Positions 6,862-16,211 of a DNA stretch of 43,989 nucleotides are shown piece by piece (position 1 is the stretch's first letter; every line of letters begins with the position of its first letter). The notes under the pieces are model-generated. The model was not told where the DNA came from, did no database searches, and saw only the letters and a list, made by a program, of their open reading frames with translations. The translations under genes and the position numbers were made by a program. This stretch comes from Gemmatimonadaceae bacterium (GTDB lineage Bacteria > Gemmatimonadota > Gemmatimonadetes > Gemmatimonadales > Gemmatimonadaceae), in the NCBI GenBank assembly GCA_035764975.1, contig DASTYL010000137.1, positions 1-43,989 of the forward strand. The letters run 5' to 3'.

Positions 6862-8058
6862 ATGCCCACCCCGTTCCTGAGTTCGGAAGAGTACGACGAG
6901 CGCGCCCACGCGCTCTACAACGAGGGCAGGTACGACGAGGCCCTCGTCACGCTTCGCGAGGGACTCGCGCTCTATCCGAACGCCGTGGAGCTCCACGTCG
7001 GGGTCGGATATGCGCGGCTCGCCCGTGAGGAGTACGCATGGGCGCGCCGGAGCTTCGAGGAGGCGCTCGTCCTCGAGCCCGAGCATGAGGACGGTCTCGC
7101 CGGGCTCGGCGAGACCCTGCTCAAGTTCGGGCAGATCGACGCCGCCCTGCGCTGTTTCCAGCGCACGCTGGAGCTCGGGTACACCGACGACGTCGACCTC
7201 ATGCTGCAGATCGGCCGGACGCTGTTCCGTGAAGGCTCCCTCCGGGACGAGCGGACGCTGTTCGCCGAGTCGCAGACGTTCTTCGAGGTCGCGGCCGAGC
7301 AGAGCTCGGATTCGGCCGAGGCGGTCGCGTGCATCGGCTACGCGCTGCACCGGCTCGGCGACGATGACGCGGCCGTCCGCCGCCTCCGTCAGGCGCTGCA
7401 GCTCGACAAGGAGCACGCGGAGGCGCGGATCTACCTCGCGAACATCCTCTACGATCGCAGCGAGTACGAGGCTGCGCTGTATCACTTCGAGCGGACGGGC
7501 CCCGACGATCACTGGGACGAGCTCGGGATCTGGCGTCTCATCGAGTTGAAGCGCTCGCTGCACAAGCTCGACGAGGGGGATCCGGAGCTGAAGCCGTGGG
7601 ACGACCGGCTCACGGAGCTGTCGGGCGCGCTCGACGACGTGGACGAGCTGCTCATGGAGCTCGACCCGACGCGCGACACGCACGGCCGCGAAGCCGAGCA
7701 TGCACGCGGGCAGCTCGAGCTGTTCGGCACCCTGCTGTCCGAGGTGCTCGAGCAGAAGGCCGACGAGGAGACGTTCAGCGCCGAGTTCACGCTCCCCGCC
7801 GAGGCTGAGGCGGACGCGGGCGCCACGGCCCATCGTGTGCATACACCCGACGGCAGGACGTACGCGGGCTCGTGGGAGGAGATCGTGCGCGGGATGCGCG
7901 ACGCCGATCACGGGTTCCGTGGCCGGTCGCTGGAGGAGTACATGCATCGCACGGCGACGCGCTACTACTCGGAAACGGGCGTGCGCGTCCCGAGCCATGA
8001 CCCGGAGAGCTTCCTCCGGGGCATCGCCATCGCGGGGTTCCTGCAAATCGAGAAATGA
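6862..8058 (+). CDS. TPR-repeat protein
   Basis: Several 34-residue TPR-like units (e.g. YNEGRYDEALVTLREGLALYPNAVELHVGVGYARL). Strong SD. Acidic C-terminal half. Confidence 0.8.
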   Translation: MPTPFLSSEEYDERAHALYNEGRYDEALVTLREGLALYPNAVELHVGVGYARLAREEYAWARRSFEEALVLEPEHEDGLAGLGETLLKFGQIDAALRCFQRTLELGYTDDVDLMLQIGRTLFREGSLRDERTLFAESQTFFEVAAEQSSDSAEAVACIGYALHRLGDDDAAVRRLRQALQLDKEHAEARIYLANILYDRSEYEAALYHFERTGPDDHWDELGIWRLIELKRSLHKLDEGDPELKPWDDRLTELSGALDDVDELLMELDPTRDTHGREAEHARGQLELFGTLLSEVLEQKADEETFSAEFTLPAEAEADAGATAHRVHTPDGRTYAGSWEEIVRGMRDADHGFRGRSLEEYMHRTATRYYSETGVRVPSHDPESFLRGIAIAGFLQIEK

Positions 8059-9227
8059 CCGCACCGCACCATCGTGGGGCACTGGAGGCGCTGCATGCCG
8101 CGCGTCCATCAATCGCACGGCTCGGCGCCTCGCAGGGGGCCGAAGATCGCGCAGCAGACCTGATCGAAGGCTGGAGCGCCGTGGAAACGGCGCTTCGCTC
8201 GCTTGTGGGGGGCTCGGCGTACGGTGGGCAGGCGCTCATCCGCGAGCTTCGCGCAAAGCAGGTGATCACCTTCGACCAGGGCAATGCGCTCGCGGAGTTC
8301 CACTCGGCGAGCGAACGCTCGCGCCAGTCGAGCTATTCCCCGAGCGACGCCGACATCAACTCGGCACGCGACGCCTTCCTCAAGCTGGAAGCGGGGCTCA
8401 TGGCCGCCGTCGCCGGCGAGCCGGCGCCCATCGGGCGGGGGTATCCGCCGCAGCAGGCGACTGCTGCCGGAAGGCACGGCGCCTTTTCGGACGCCACGCC
8501 GGTGGATGTGCCGCCGGTCGTCACGTCGCCGCCGCCGGCGGGCGCCGCGGGCATGTTCGCGCCGCCGCGCGCGCCCAAGTGGGTGAAAGGGCTCGCGGGG
8601 GCAGTCGCCCTGCTCCTCCTCATCGGGCTGGGCTGGTGGGCATACACGAAGTACGGAGCGGGCTCCGAGCTCGATGAGGCGATCGCGCACTACAACCGCG
8701 GCCAGCTCCAGGAAGCCGCCGCGGCATTCGATCGCGTCGCGCGCGAGAACCCGAACGATGCCCGGCCGCACATCTACCTGGCGCGGATGGCGCGGCAGGC
8801 GGGCAACATGACGCTCGCGCGCGACGAGGCCTCCAAGGCCGTCACCGCCGACCCGCGCAACCCGCTCGCCCACGGTGAGATGGCGCGCTACCTCATGGCG
8901 GCGGGCAACTGGGACCTCGCACGGCAGTTCTGGGTGCGAGCGCTGCAGATCGATGAGAACGACAAGGCCGCGCAGGGCTACCTCGGCTGCACCTTCGCGC
9001 GGCTCGGGCGCTACGACGAAGCGCGGAAGTGGCTGACGCGGGCAGGGCAGGGCGAGTGGAGCGTGTGCCTCCAGCAGCTGCCGCCGGCCGGCGCATATCC
9101 GCCGGGCGCGCAGTATCCGCCGGGCCAGGTTCCGCCGGGGCAGTACCCGCAGTATCCGCCGGGCCAGGTCCCACCTGGCGCGTATCAGCCCCCCTATCCA
9201 CAGGGCACCGTACCGCGCACTCCGTGA
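8055..9227 (+). CDS. single-pass membrane TPR protein with a Pro/Tyr/Gln-rich C-terminal tail
   Basis: ATGA overlap with the upstream gene. Central TM helix (LAGAVALLLLIGLGWWAY) followed by TPR units. The tail is YPPGAQYPPGQVPPGQYPQYPPGQVPPGAYQPPYPQG. Confidence 0.75.
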   Translation: MTAPHHRGALEALHAARPSIARLGASQGAEDRAADLIEGWSAVETALRSLVGGSAYGGQALIRELRAKQVITFDQGNALAEFHSASERSRQSSYSPSDADINSARDAFLKLEAGLMAAVAGEPAPIGRGYPPQQATAAGRHGAFSDATPVDVPPVVTSPPPAGAAGMFAPPRAPKWVKGLAGAVALLLLIGLGWWAYTKYGAGSELDEAIAHYNRGQLQEAAAAFDRVARENPNDARPHIYLARMARQAGNMTLARDEASKAVTADPRNPLAHGEMARYLMAAGNWDLARQFWVRALQIDENDKAAQGYLGCTFARLGRYDEARKWLTRAGQGEWSVCLQQLPPAGAYPPGAQYPPGQVPPGQYPQYPPGQVPPGAYQPPYPQGTVPRTP

Positions 9228-10138
9228 TCGAGTTCGCGGGAGTCGGTCACACCTATCGCAACATCATCGGCCGCACGGTGCGTGCGGTCGATGATTTTTC
9301 GCTCGAGATCCCCGTCGGCGAAGTGCTCGGTCTCGCGGGGCCGAACGGCGCGGGCAAGAGCACGCTCATCGCGCTGATGCTCGGCTTCCTGCACCCCACC
9401 GACGGCCGCGTGACCGTCGGCGGGATGCGGCCGCGCGAGTACGCCGAACAGCAGGGCGTCGGGTACCTCTCCGAGCTCGTCAACATCCCGCCGGGCTGGC
9501 GGCTCGAGCATGCGCTCGCCCGTTATGCCGTGCTCTCGGGGGTGCCTTCACGCCGGCAGCGCGCGCGTGTGAACGAGCTCATCGAGCAGCTCGGGCTCGG
9601 CGAGCATCGCGGCAAGAAGGTGAAGCAGCTCTCGAAGGGCAACCTGCAGCGCCTGGGGCTTGCACAGGCCTTGCTGCGCGACGACCGCGTGCTGGTGCTC
9701 GATGAGCCCACGCACGGGCTCGACCCGGTGTGGACGCAGCGATTCCGCGACGTCGTGCAGTCACTGCGACGCCCGGATCGGACGATCTTCATCGCCTCGC
9801 ACAACCTGGACGAGCTGCAGCGGCTGGCCGACCGCGTCGCGATCATCGATCGCGGGCGCCTGCAGCGGATCGTCGAGACGCGGACGGCGACGCCGGACAT
9901 GCCGGCGACGGTCTATCACGTGGTGGTCGCACGAGGCGCCGAACTCATGGGCGATGTGTTTCCGGGCGCGGTTGCCCTTGGGCGCGGCGAGTTCGAGCTG
10001 CCGCCGCTCGAGATGGAGGCGCTCAATCACGGACTTTCCGTGCTGATCGCGCGCGGCGCGCTCATCGTGTCGGTCAACCCGGCGCACAGCGCGCTCGAGA
10101 CCCAGTTCCGGGAAGCCGTCGGAGCCCGCCTCGCATGA
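9224..10138 (+). CDS. ABC transporter ATP-binding protein (ABC-2 type)
   Basis: In frame with ORF 9029..10138, with a GTG at 9224 overlapping the upstream TGA. Walker A GPNGAGKST, signature-like LSKGNLQRL, Walker B VLVLDEPTHGLD. Confidence 0.9.
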   Translation: MIEFAGVGHTYRNIIGRTVRAVDDFSLEIPVGEVLGLAGPNGAGKSTLIALMLGFLHPTDGRVTVGGMRPREYAEQQGVGYLSELVNIPPGWRLEHALARYAVLSGVPSRRQRARVNELIEQLGLGEHRGKKVKQLSKGNLQRLGLAQALLRDDRVLVLDEPTHGLDPVWTQRFRDVVQSLRRPDRTIFIASHNLDELQRLADRVAIIDRGRLQRIVETRTATPDMPATVYHVVVARGAELMGDVFPGAVALGRGEFELPPLEMEALNHGLSVLIARGALIVSVNPAHSALETQFREAVGARLA

Positions 10139-10914
10139 GCACGTCCATCGCTCCGACCACGGTGATGCCGGGCCGGGGCCGGCTCGGCGCCTACGGCTGG
10201 TGGCAGATGCGCGATTACCTCATCAACAAGGGAATCGCGACGGCGCTCATCATGGGCCTGCTGCTCTTCCTCTCGTGGACGGCGCTGCGGGGCGCCGAGG
10301 CGCAGATGGCCGCGCAAGGCTATCAGGAGAGCCTGAAGCCGATCATCGACCTCGGCTTCGTGGAGTTCATGAGCAACCTGATCCTGTTCGGCGTGCTGTT
10401 CGCCACGAACGGCATCGTGAGCGAGGATCGCAAGTTCGGCTACTACAAGTTCTACTTCTCCAAGCCCGTGTCGGTCGCGGGGTTCTATGGGCAGAAGTTC
10501 GCCGTCCACGTCGCCGGGCTCCTGCTCGTCGCGGCGCTGATGCTCGTCGCGCACGCGCTGGTGATCGAGCCGCGCTTTCCACCGTCGTTCTTTCCGGTGG
10601 CGGCGCTGGCGGTGATCGGGCTCGCCGGCATCGGCTTCCTCGTCTCCGCCGTGTTCACGCTCGACTGGATCTCGCTCTTCGCGATCTACGCGGCCGCGCA
10701 GATCGGCTGGACGCTCTACGGCGACGACCCGGGCATTCGCGGCACGCTCGTGCGGGGGCTGCCCCCGGTGCACCAGCTGCGCGACGTGTACGGGGCCGTC
10801 GCCCGTGGCGAGCCGCTTCCGATGGACCCCCTGTGGTGGATCTTCCTCTACGGGCTCGCGTGCTTCTTCGTCGGGCTGGTGGTGGTCTCGCGCCGCCGGC
10901 TCGCGACGAGCTGA
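10135..10914 (+). CDS. polytopic membrane protein, probable ABC-2-type permease partner
   Basis: In frame with ORF 9730..10914, with an ATG at 10135 in an ATGA overlap with the ATPase. About six hydrophobic helices. No sharp motif. Confidence 0.7.
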   Translation: MSTSIAPTTVMPGRGRLGAYGWWQMRDYLINKGIATALIMGLLLFLSWTALRGAEAQMAAQGYQESLKPIIDLGFVEFMSNLILFGVLFATNGIVSEDRKFGYYKFYFSKPVSVAGFYGQKFAVHVAGLLLVAALMLVAHALVIEPRFPPSFFPVAALAVIGLAGIGFLVSAVFTLDWISLFAIYAAAQIGWTLYGDDPGIRGTLVRGLPPVHQLRDVYGAVARGEPLPMDPLWWIFLYGLACFFVGLVVVSRRRLATS

Positions 10915-10919
10915 CCGCC

Positions 10920-13544
10920 GTGGACGCGCCAGCCGGGCTGACGCTCGACCCCGCCACCGTGCATCGCACGGTGCTGCCGAACGGCCTCACGGTGCTCGTC
11001 CGCCGCGACCCGTCGGCGCCGGTGGTCGCCATCGTGACGCACGTGCGCGCCGGCTACTTCGACGAATCCGACGACGTCGTCGGCATCGCGCACGTGCTGG
11101 AGCACATGTACTTCAAGGGCACGCCGTCGCGCGGGGTCGGCGAGATCGCGCGCCAGACGAAGGCGGTGGGCGGCTACCTCAACGCCGGCACGATCTACGA
11201 CCACACGAGCTACTACACGGTGCTGCCGTCGAGCGGCTTCGTGCCAGGGCTCGACGTGCAGTTCGACGCGTACGCCAACTCGCTCATCGATGCCGGCGAG
11301 CTGGGGCGCGAGATCGAGGTGATCATCGAGGAGGCGCGCCGCAAGGCGGACAATCCGGGCGCGGTGACCGTCGAGACGCTGTACGAGCTGCTCCACGACC
11401 AGCATCGCATGCGGCGCTGGCGCATCGGGCGCGAGCCGGGGCTGCGCGCGCTCGGACAGCCCGACCTGCTGCGCTTCTACCGCAACTACTACCGGCCGTC
11501 CAACACGATTCTGGTCATCGCGGGGGACGTCGATCCCGTGACCGCGATCCGCGAGGTCGAGCAGCGATACGGCATGCTGCCGGCGGGCGAGCCCGTGCGC
11601 GACATCGGTCCTGCGGAGACGGAACGGGCTCCCTTCCGCTACCGCGAGCTCGAGGGCGACGTCGCGCAGACGCAGATCGCGCTCGGATGGCGCACGCCGG
11701 GGACGCTCGACCCGGATACGCCGGTCCTCGACCTCCTCGCCGTGGTGCTCGGGAGCGGACGCGCCTCGCGGCTCTATCGCGCCGTGCGGGAACGGTCGCT
11801 CGCCCAGGGGATCAGCGCCTACGACTACACACCGACGGAGCTCGGCGTGTTCGTCGTGCATGCCGAGACGCGGCCGGAGACGGCAGGCGAGGCGGCACGC
11901 GCGGCGTGGGAGCAGATCGCCGCCTTGCGCGAGCAGGCCCCCGCCCCCATCGAGATCGAGCGTGCGCAGCGTCTGTACGAGTCCCGCTGGCTGCGCCGGT
12001 TCGAGAACATGGAGGGACAGGCGAACTATCTCGCGGAATGGGAGGCCCTCGGCGGCTGGCAGCGCGGTGAGGAATATTTCGACCGCCTGATGTCGGCTAC
12101 GCCCGCGCAGGTGCGCGATGCCGCCGCGCGGTGGCTCGATCCGCGGCATGCCTCGATGGTCGTCTACCGGCCGCGTGATGCCGCGCCGCTGGCGGGCGAT
12201 TCAGGCGCCGCGCGAGCGCTGCTCGGGGATGGCGTCGGCACCGTCGAGATGCGCGCCGCATCGTTGCCTTCGCCGGCGAGCGCGGTGGCTGGGCGGCCCG
12301 TCCTCGAGCGGGAGGAGGCGGGGGTTCGCGTGTATCGGAGCGCCGCCGGTGTTCCGATCCTCGTGCGTCGCAAGCCGGGCGCCGCCATCGTGCATGCCGG
12401 CGTGTACTTCCTCGGCGGCGCATCGAGCGAACCCGCCGACCGCGCGGGGCTGACGACGATGCTCGCGCGCATGGCCGTGAAGGGGACGTCAAGCCGCACG
12501 GCGGCGCAGATCGCGGAGGAAGGGGAGCTGCTCGGCGGGAGCGTCGCCGGGGGCGCGGGGGCGGACAGCTTCGGCTGGTCGGTGAGCGTGCCGGCACACC
12601 GTTTCGACGCCGCGGTCGCCCTGCTTGCCGACGTCGTGCAGCGGCCGGCGATCCCGGAGGACGCCCTGGCGACCGAGCGGGCCATCGCCATCGCGGACGT
12701 GGCATCGCTCCGCGACGACATGTCGCGCTATCCCGTGCGGCTTGCGACGTCGGCGGCGTATCCGGGGCATCCGTACGGCGTGCCCGTGTCCGGCACGGAG
12801 GCTTCGCTCGCGCAGCTCGACCGCATGATGCTGCGCACGTGGCACGAGGCGCAGGTGCAGCGCGGCGCCGCGGTGGCCGCGGTGGTCGGCGACGTCGATC
12901 CCGACGAAGCGGCTCAGGTCATGGCGCGGGAGCTCGCCGCGCTGCAGCCCGCGGCGGCGAGCAGTGCCGCGCGCGCCGACTGGCGCGCGGCCGGCAGCCG
13001 CGTCGAGGAGTCACGCGACAAGAAGCAGACGGCGCTCACGCTGCTCTATCCGGGGCCCGCACGCGACGATGACGATCGCTTCGCGGCGCAGCTGCTCGTC
13101 GGCATCGCCAGCGGCCTTGGTGGGCGCTTCTTCGACGAGCTGCGCGACAAGCAGTCGCTCTGCTACACGGTGCAGGCCTTCCATGCGGACCGTCGGCTGG
13201 CCGGGACATTCGGTGCCTACATCGCGACGTCGCCGGACAAGGAAGACGTCGCGCGGGAGGGACTGCTGCGCGAGATCGCACGGCTGCGCGACGAGCTGGT
13301 GACCCACGAGGAGCTCACGCGCGCACAAACCTACGCCACGGGGACGCATGCGATCCGCCAGCAGAGCGGCGCCGCGGTGCTCGGCGAGGTGGTGGATGCG
13401 TGGCTGTTCGGCCGGCTCGACGAGCTGCCAGCGTACGAGGCGCGGATCCGCGCCGTGACCCGTGAGCGGCTGCGCGAGGTGGCGCTGCGGTATCTCGCGC
13501 CGGAGCTGCGCGTGGAGGGAATCGTGCGCGGAAAGGCGGTGTGA
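10920..13544 (+). CDS. M16 (pitrilysin) family zinc peptidase, fused active plus inactive double-module protein
   Basis: In frame with ORF 10200..13544. The earlier part overlaps the permease gene and is rejected. GTG at 10920 lies 6 nt after the upstream stop. HxxEH zinc motif in GIAHVLEHMYFKGT. A second M16-like half (PILVRRKPGAAIVHAGVYFLGG) lacks HxxEH. Confidence 0.85.
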   Translation: MDAPAGLTLDPATVHRTVLPNGLTVLVRRDPSAPVVAIVTHVRAGYFDESDDVVGIAHVLEHMYFKGTPSRGVGEIARQTKAVGGYLNAGTIYDHTSYYTVLPSSGFVPGLDVQFDAYANSLIDAGELGREIEVIIEEARRKADNPGAVTVETLYELLHDQHRMRRWRIGREPGLRALGQPDLLRFYRNYYRPSNTILVIAGDVDPVTAIREVEQRYGMLPAGEPVRDIGPAETERAPFRYRELEGDVAQTQIALGWRTPGTLDPDTPVLDLLAVVLGSGRASRLYRAVRERSLAQGISAYDYTPTELGVFVVHAETRPETAGEAARAAWEQIAALREQAPAPIEIERAQRLYESRWLRRFENMEGQANYLAEWEALGGWQRGEEYFDRLMSATPAQVRDAAARWLDPRHASMVVYRPRDAAPLAGDSGAARALLGDGVGTVEMRAASLPSPASAVAGRPVLEREEAGVRVYRSAAGVPILVRRKPGAAIVHAGVYFLGGASSEPADRAGLTTMLARMAVKGTSSRTAAQIAEEGELLGGSVAGGAGADSFGWSVSVPAHRFDAAVALLADVVQRPAIPEDALATERAIAIADVASLRDDMSRYPVRLATSAAYPGHPYGVPVSGTEASLAQLDRMMLRTWHEAQVQRGAAVAAVVGDVDPDEAAQVMARELAALQPAAASSAARADWRAAGSRVEESRDKKQTALTLLYPGPARDDDDRFAAQLLVGIASGLGGRFFDELRDKQSLCYTVQAFHADRRLAGTFGAYIATSPDKEDVAREGLLREIARLRDELVTHEELTRAQTYATGTHAIRQQSGAAVLGEVVDAWLFGRLDELPAYEARIRAVTRERLREVALRYLAPELRVEGIVRGKAV

Positions 13545-13551
13545 GCGCCGG

Positions 13552-15126
13552 TCACGGCTCGTTCTCGACGGTGGGCGCGGCGGTATCCGCCGGGGTCGCG
13601 CGCGAATTGCCCACGGACTCGCGCAGGCCGCGGAGCGCACGGGCGACGGCGCCTGCAGCGGGGCGGCGGCGTCCGTCAGGCGCCTGCAGGCCCGTCGCGC
13701 CGATGTAGTCGCTCGCACTGGCGACGATCAGCCCCTTGATCCCCTGATGGCCGGTCGCCCAGGCGAGCGTTCCCCACAGCGCCCGTTCCTGGCTCCGCTC
13801 ACCGTGCGCCAGGGGGAAGCCGCCCGCATTGAAGACCCAGTGCGGCTTGTTCGTCTCGGTCGCACGCATCCACCGGTCGGCCGCGCGCATCGCGGCATCC
13901 AGGTCCTGCGCGCCCTTGGTTCCCGGGAAGAACGAGAACCCGACGACGTCCACGGGCGATCCGGGCGCGGCGGCCCATGCGTAGAGCGTGCTGTCGCGAC
14001 TGCCGTAGGACGCGGCGCTCACACCGATCCGCGTTCGCGGCCGCAAGCGCTTGGCGAGCTGCGAGGCCTCGGTGATGTAGCCCTGCCAGGTCTCGACCGG
14101 CAGCAGCCCGAAGGCGCGCGCGCCCGCTCCGTAGGGATCTTCCGACGGCAGCAGGATGTCGGGCCGCACGCGGCGCACGACCTGCTCGATCGCACGCAGT
14201 CGCACCGCCGCGTCGAATGCCGGGCGGGCTCCCATCGGCAGCAGCTCGCCGCGATAGCCGAGGGCGACGATGACCACCATGCTGTCGGTCCGGCGCAGCG
14301 GCTCGAGGATGCGGGCGATCGAGTCGAGCACCAGGCCGTCCGCGGCGTCGGGGACGATGGTGAGGCTGACCGCGTTGACCTCGAGGGCGTGCACCAGCGA
14401 GAGGTCGCTCCGCAGGGCGAGCGCCGACGGCGGCCGCGCGATGTCCGGGAGGATCTTCACGCCGACGCGGAAGTCGCCCGCGGGGCGCTCCGTCAACCGC
14501 GCCTCGTCGAACTGCCGGTATTCCTGCAGCACGACCTGGCCCTTCAGGACGGCGATCGCGACGAAGGCCGTCCACAACAGCGCGAAGGTGGCCAGCACGC
14601 CGCGGAAGGTCGCCGTGAGCCCGCGCAGCGGCGGAAACGCCGGCGAGAGGATGGGCACGGCGAGGAACAGCGGGGATACGAGTGCCGCACCACCGGTGGC
14701 GACGCTGAGCACGTCCGTCTGCGCCACGAGGATCGCGAGCGGCAGCTCGAGCAGCGGCGTGCCGGATGCCGACAGCACGCTCAGCGCGGCGCTCAGCGCG
14801 ATGATCACGTTGTACGCGAGGATCGGCAGCCCGATCACGGGATTCACCAGCCGGCGGCCGACCGCGAGCACCGCCTGGATGACGAAGAGGAGCAGGGTCG
14901 CCGGCCAGAGGAAGCTCACCAGCACGAGGGCGCGGCCGGTGACGACCGTGGACGTCGCGAGATGGATCGCGACGGCGGGCAGGATGAAGAATCCGGCGAG
15001 GGCCGTGACCGCCGCGAACGCGCGCGGCGCCCGCCGGACGTGCATGATCCGGCCGGCGAGGATGACGTCCCAGAGGAGGATGACGAGCGTGAGCGCGAGG
15101 TGCGCTGCAGGGAGCCAGTTTCTCAT
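13552..15126 (-). CDS. polytopic membrane protein with a large C-terminal soluble domain (possibly TIM-barrel hydrolase-like)
   Basis: 524-aa ORF. The first ~200 aa contain about 6-7 hydrophobic helices. The remaining ~320 aa show alternating beta/alpha-like segments. No firm family call. Confidence 0.65.
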   Translation of the reverse strand: MRNWLPAAHLALTLVILLWDVILAGRIMHVRRAPRAFAAVTALAGFFILPAVAIHLATSTVVTGRALVLVSFLWPATLLLFVIQAVLAVGRRLVNPVIGLPILAYNVIIALSAALSVLSASGTPLLELPLAILVAQTDVLSVATGGAALVSPLFLAVPILSPAFPPLRGLTATFRGVLATFALLWTAFVAIAVLKGQVVLQEYRQFDEARLTERPAGDFRVGVKILPDIARPPSALALRSDLSLVHALEVNAVSLTIVPDAADGLVLDSIARILEPLRRTDSMVVIVALGYRGELLPMGARPAFDAAVRLRAIEQVVRRVRPDILLPSEDPYGAGARAFGLLPVETWQGYITEASQLAKRLRPRTRIGVSAASYGSRDSTLYAWAAAPGSPVDVVGFSFFPGTKGAQDLDAAMRAADRWMRATETNKPHWVFNAGGFPLAHGERSQERALWGTLAWATGHQGIKGLIVASASDYIGATGLQAPDGRRRPAAGAVARALRGLRESVGNSRATPADTAAPTVENEP

Positions 15127-15476
15127 CCGCGCGGGCGGTGATGGCGCGGAGGACGTTCGCGCGTGTCGCTCCGCACGTCGCGGGGCGTGAGGCGTCGGGT
15201 GAACACGTCCAGCGCCCTCTGCGAGTCCTGTACCGCCGGGGCGAGGACGTCGAGCAGCAGGACGCCCTCCTCCGGCAGGGCGTGCACGACGATGTGGCGG
15301 CCGTCGGAGACGAGGGTCAGGGCGGTGGCGTGCGGGCCGTCATGCACGGTCGGCATCGCGAGCGGCCCCAGCCCGACCGCGCCCGCCGCCGCCACGAGCA
15401 GGGCGCGCAGCAGCTGCACGTCGCGGAGCGCAGGCTCCGGCACGTCGAGGAGGTCGGCGGTGAGATGGGCAGGCAA
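15123..15476 (-). CDS. SpeH/SpeD (class 1 AdoMet decarboxylase)-fold protein lacking the self-processing Ser and the active-site Cys
   Basis: C-terminal part of ORF 15123..15794, starting at the TTG at 15476 (MPAHLTADLLDV...). AHLTADLL...DVQLL and TLVSDGRHIVVHALPEEGVLLLDVLAPA align with GRHLVAEF...NVQLI and [27 protein letters not shown] of Thermotoga SpeH, recalled from memory. ATGA-type 4-nt overlap with the downstream gene. Confidence 0.4.
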   Translation of the reverse strand: MPAHLTADLLDVPEPALRDVQLLRALLVAAAGAVGLGPLAMPTVHDGPHATALTLVSDGRHIVVHALPEEGVLLLDVLAPAVQDSQRALDVFTRRLTPRDVRSDTRERPPRHHRPRG

Positions 15477-15612
15477 GGGCGTCGGGGCGTTGGGCGGTCG
15501 CCGCTCCCGCGGCCTGGCCGCGGCACCGGCGAGCGCGATGCTGAATTGAAGGATACACCGGCGGCGCGTGCGACGCCCCGGCGTGTCGCGCCCGCCCCCT
15601 CCCGCCCGCGCG

Positions 15613-16077
15613 TCAGAACATCGACATCGCCAGGAACGACCGCAGCGAATCGTTCGTGGAGCGCAGGCGGCCGGAGAGGAGCCGCACCGTCGCCCAGAGC
15701 ACCTTGTGCGCCAGATCGCGGTGAAAATCGAGCAGCATCTCGAAGTCCGCGCGGCTGATGGTGAGGCACGTCGTCCCGCCGTTCGAGATCGCATCGGTGG
15801 AGCGCTCGTGCCGGTCGAACACCGACATCTCGCCGAACAGGGAGCCCGGCTTCAGGACGGCGAGCGCCTCCTCCCCGCTGCCGGGAATCTCCCGGCTGAT
15901 GCGCACCTCGCCGTCCACGATGAGATACAGCCGGCTCCCCGCCTCCCCCTCGCGGAAGATGTATTCCCCCGAGCGGAAGACCTCCCGCCGGCAGATGGAC
16001 GCCACCTCCTGGAGCTCGTCCGGCTCGAGGTCACGAAAGATCGCGGCGGATCGGAGCAGCTCGTGGACGTCCGGCAT
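15613..16077 (-). CDS. cyclic nucleotide-binding domain protein
   Basis: From ORF 15613..16236, starting at the internal ATG at 16077 (MPDVHELL). IFRDLEPDELQEVA, GEYIFREGEAGSRLYLIVDGEVRI and FGEMSVFD form the classic cNMP-binding beta-barrel signature. No output domain. Confidence 0.8.
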   Translation of the reverse strand: MPDVHELLRSAAIFRDLEPDELQEVASICRREVFRSGEYIFREGEAGSRLYLIVDGEVRISREIPGSGEEALAVLKPGSLFGEMSVFDRHERSTDAISNGGTTCLTISRADFEMLLDFHRDLAHKVLWATVRLLSGRLRSTNDSLRSFLAMSMF

Positions 16078-16177
16078 CGGGTCCCGGGGATCGGTTGGGG
16101 AAACGCGACGACTTCGCGGGGCGGAGGGGCGGCGACCGGCACTCCCCGGCGCGCCAAGGTAGACCGGCCGTGTGGTC

Positions 16178-16206
16178 GTGGCAAGCACACGCCCTTCGGT
16201 TAGAAT
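16178..16206 (+). promoter_or_regulatory. candidate promoter GTGGCA-N17-TAGAAT placed for a leaderless or near-leaderless transcript
   Basis: GTGGCA at 16178-16183 and TAGAAT at 16201-16206. The ATG at 16212 lies only 5 nt after the -10 box, and there is no SD. Confidence 0.35.
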
Positions 16207-16211
16207 AGGGC

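Noticed and set aside
9080-9205. Tandem DNA repeats (CAGTATCCGCCGGGCCAGGT occurring twice) near the end of the second TPR gene.
   Set aside because: They lie inside a coding region and encode a Pro/Tyr/Gln-rich low-complexity tail (YPPGQ units). They are not a non-coding repeat element.
10200-10919. An N-terminal 240-codon extension of the M16 peptidase ORF, which would make it 1114 aa.
   Set aside because: The extension overlaps the membrane-protein gene (10135..10914) in another frame and is Arg/Ala/Gly low-complexity. M16 homology begins only after 10920, where a GTG follows the upstream stop by 6 nt.
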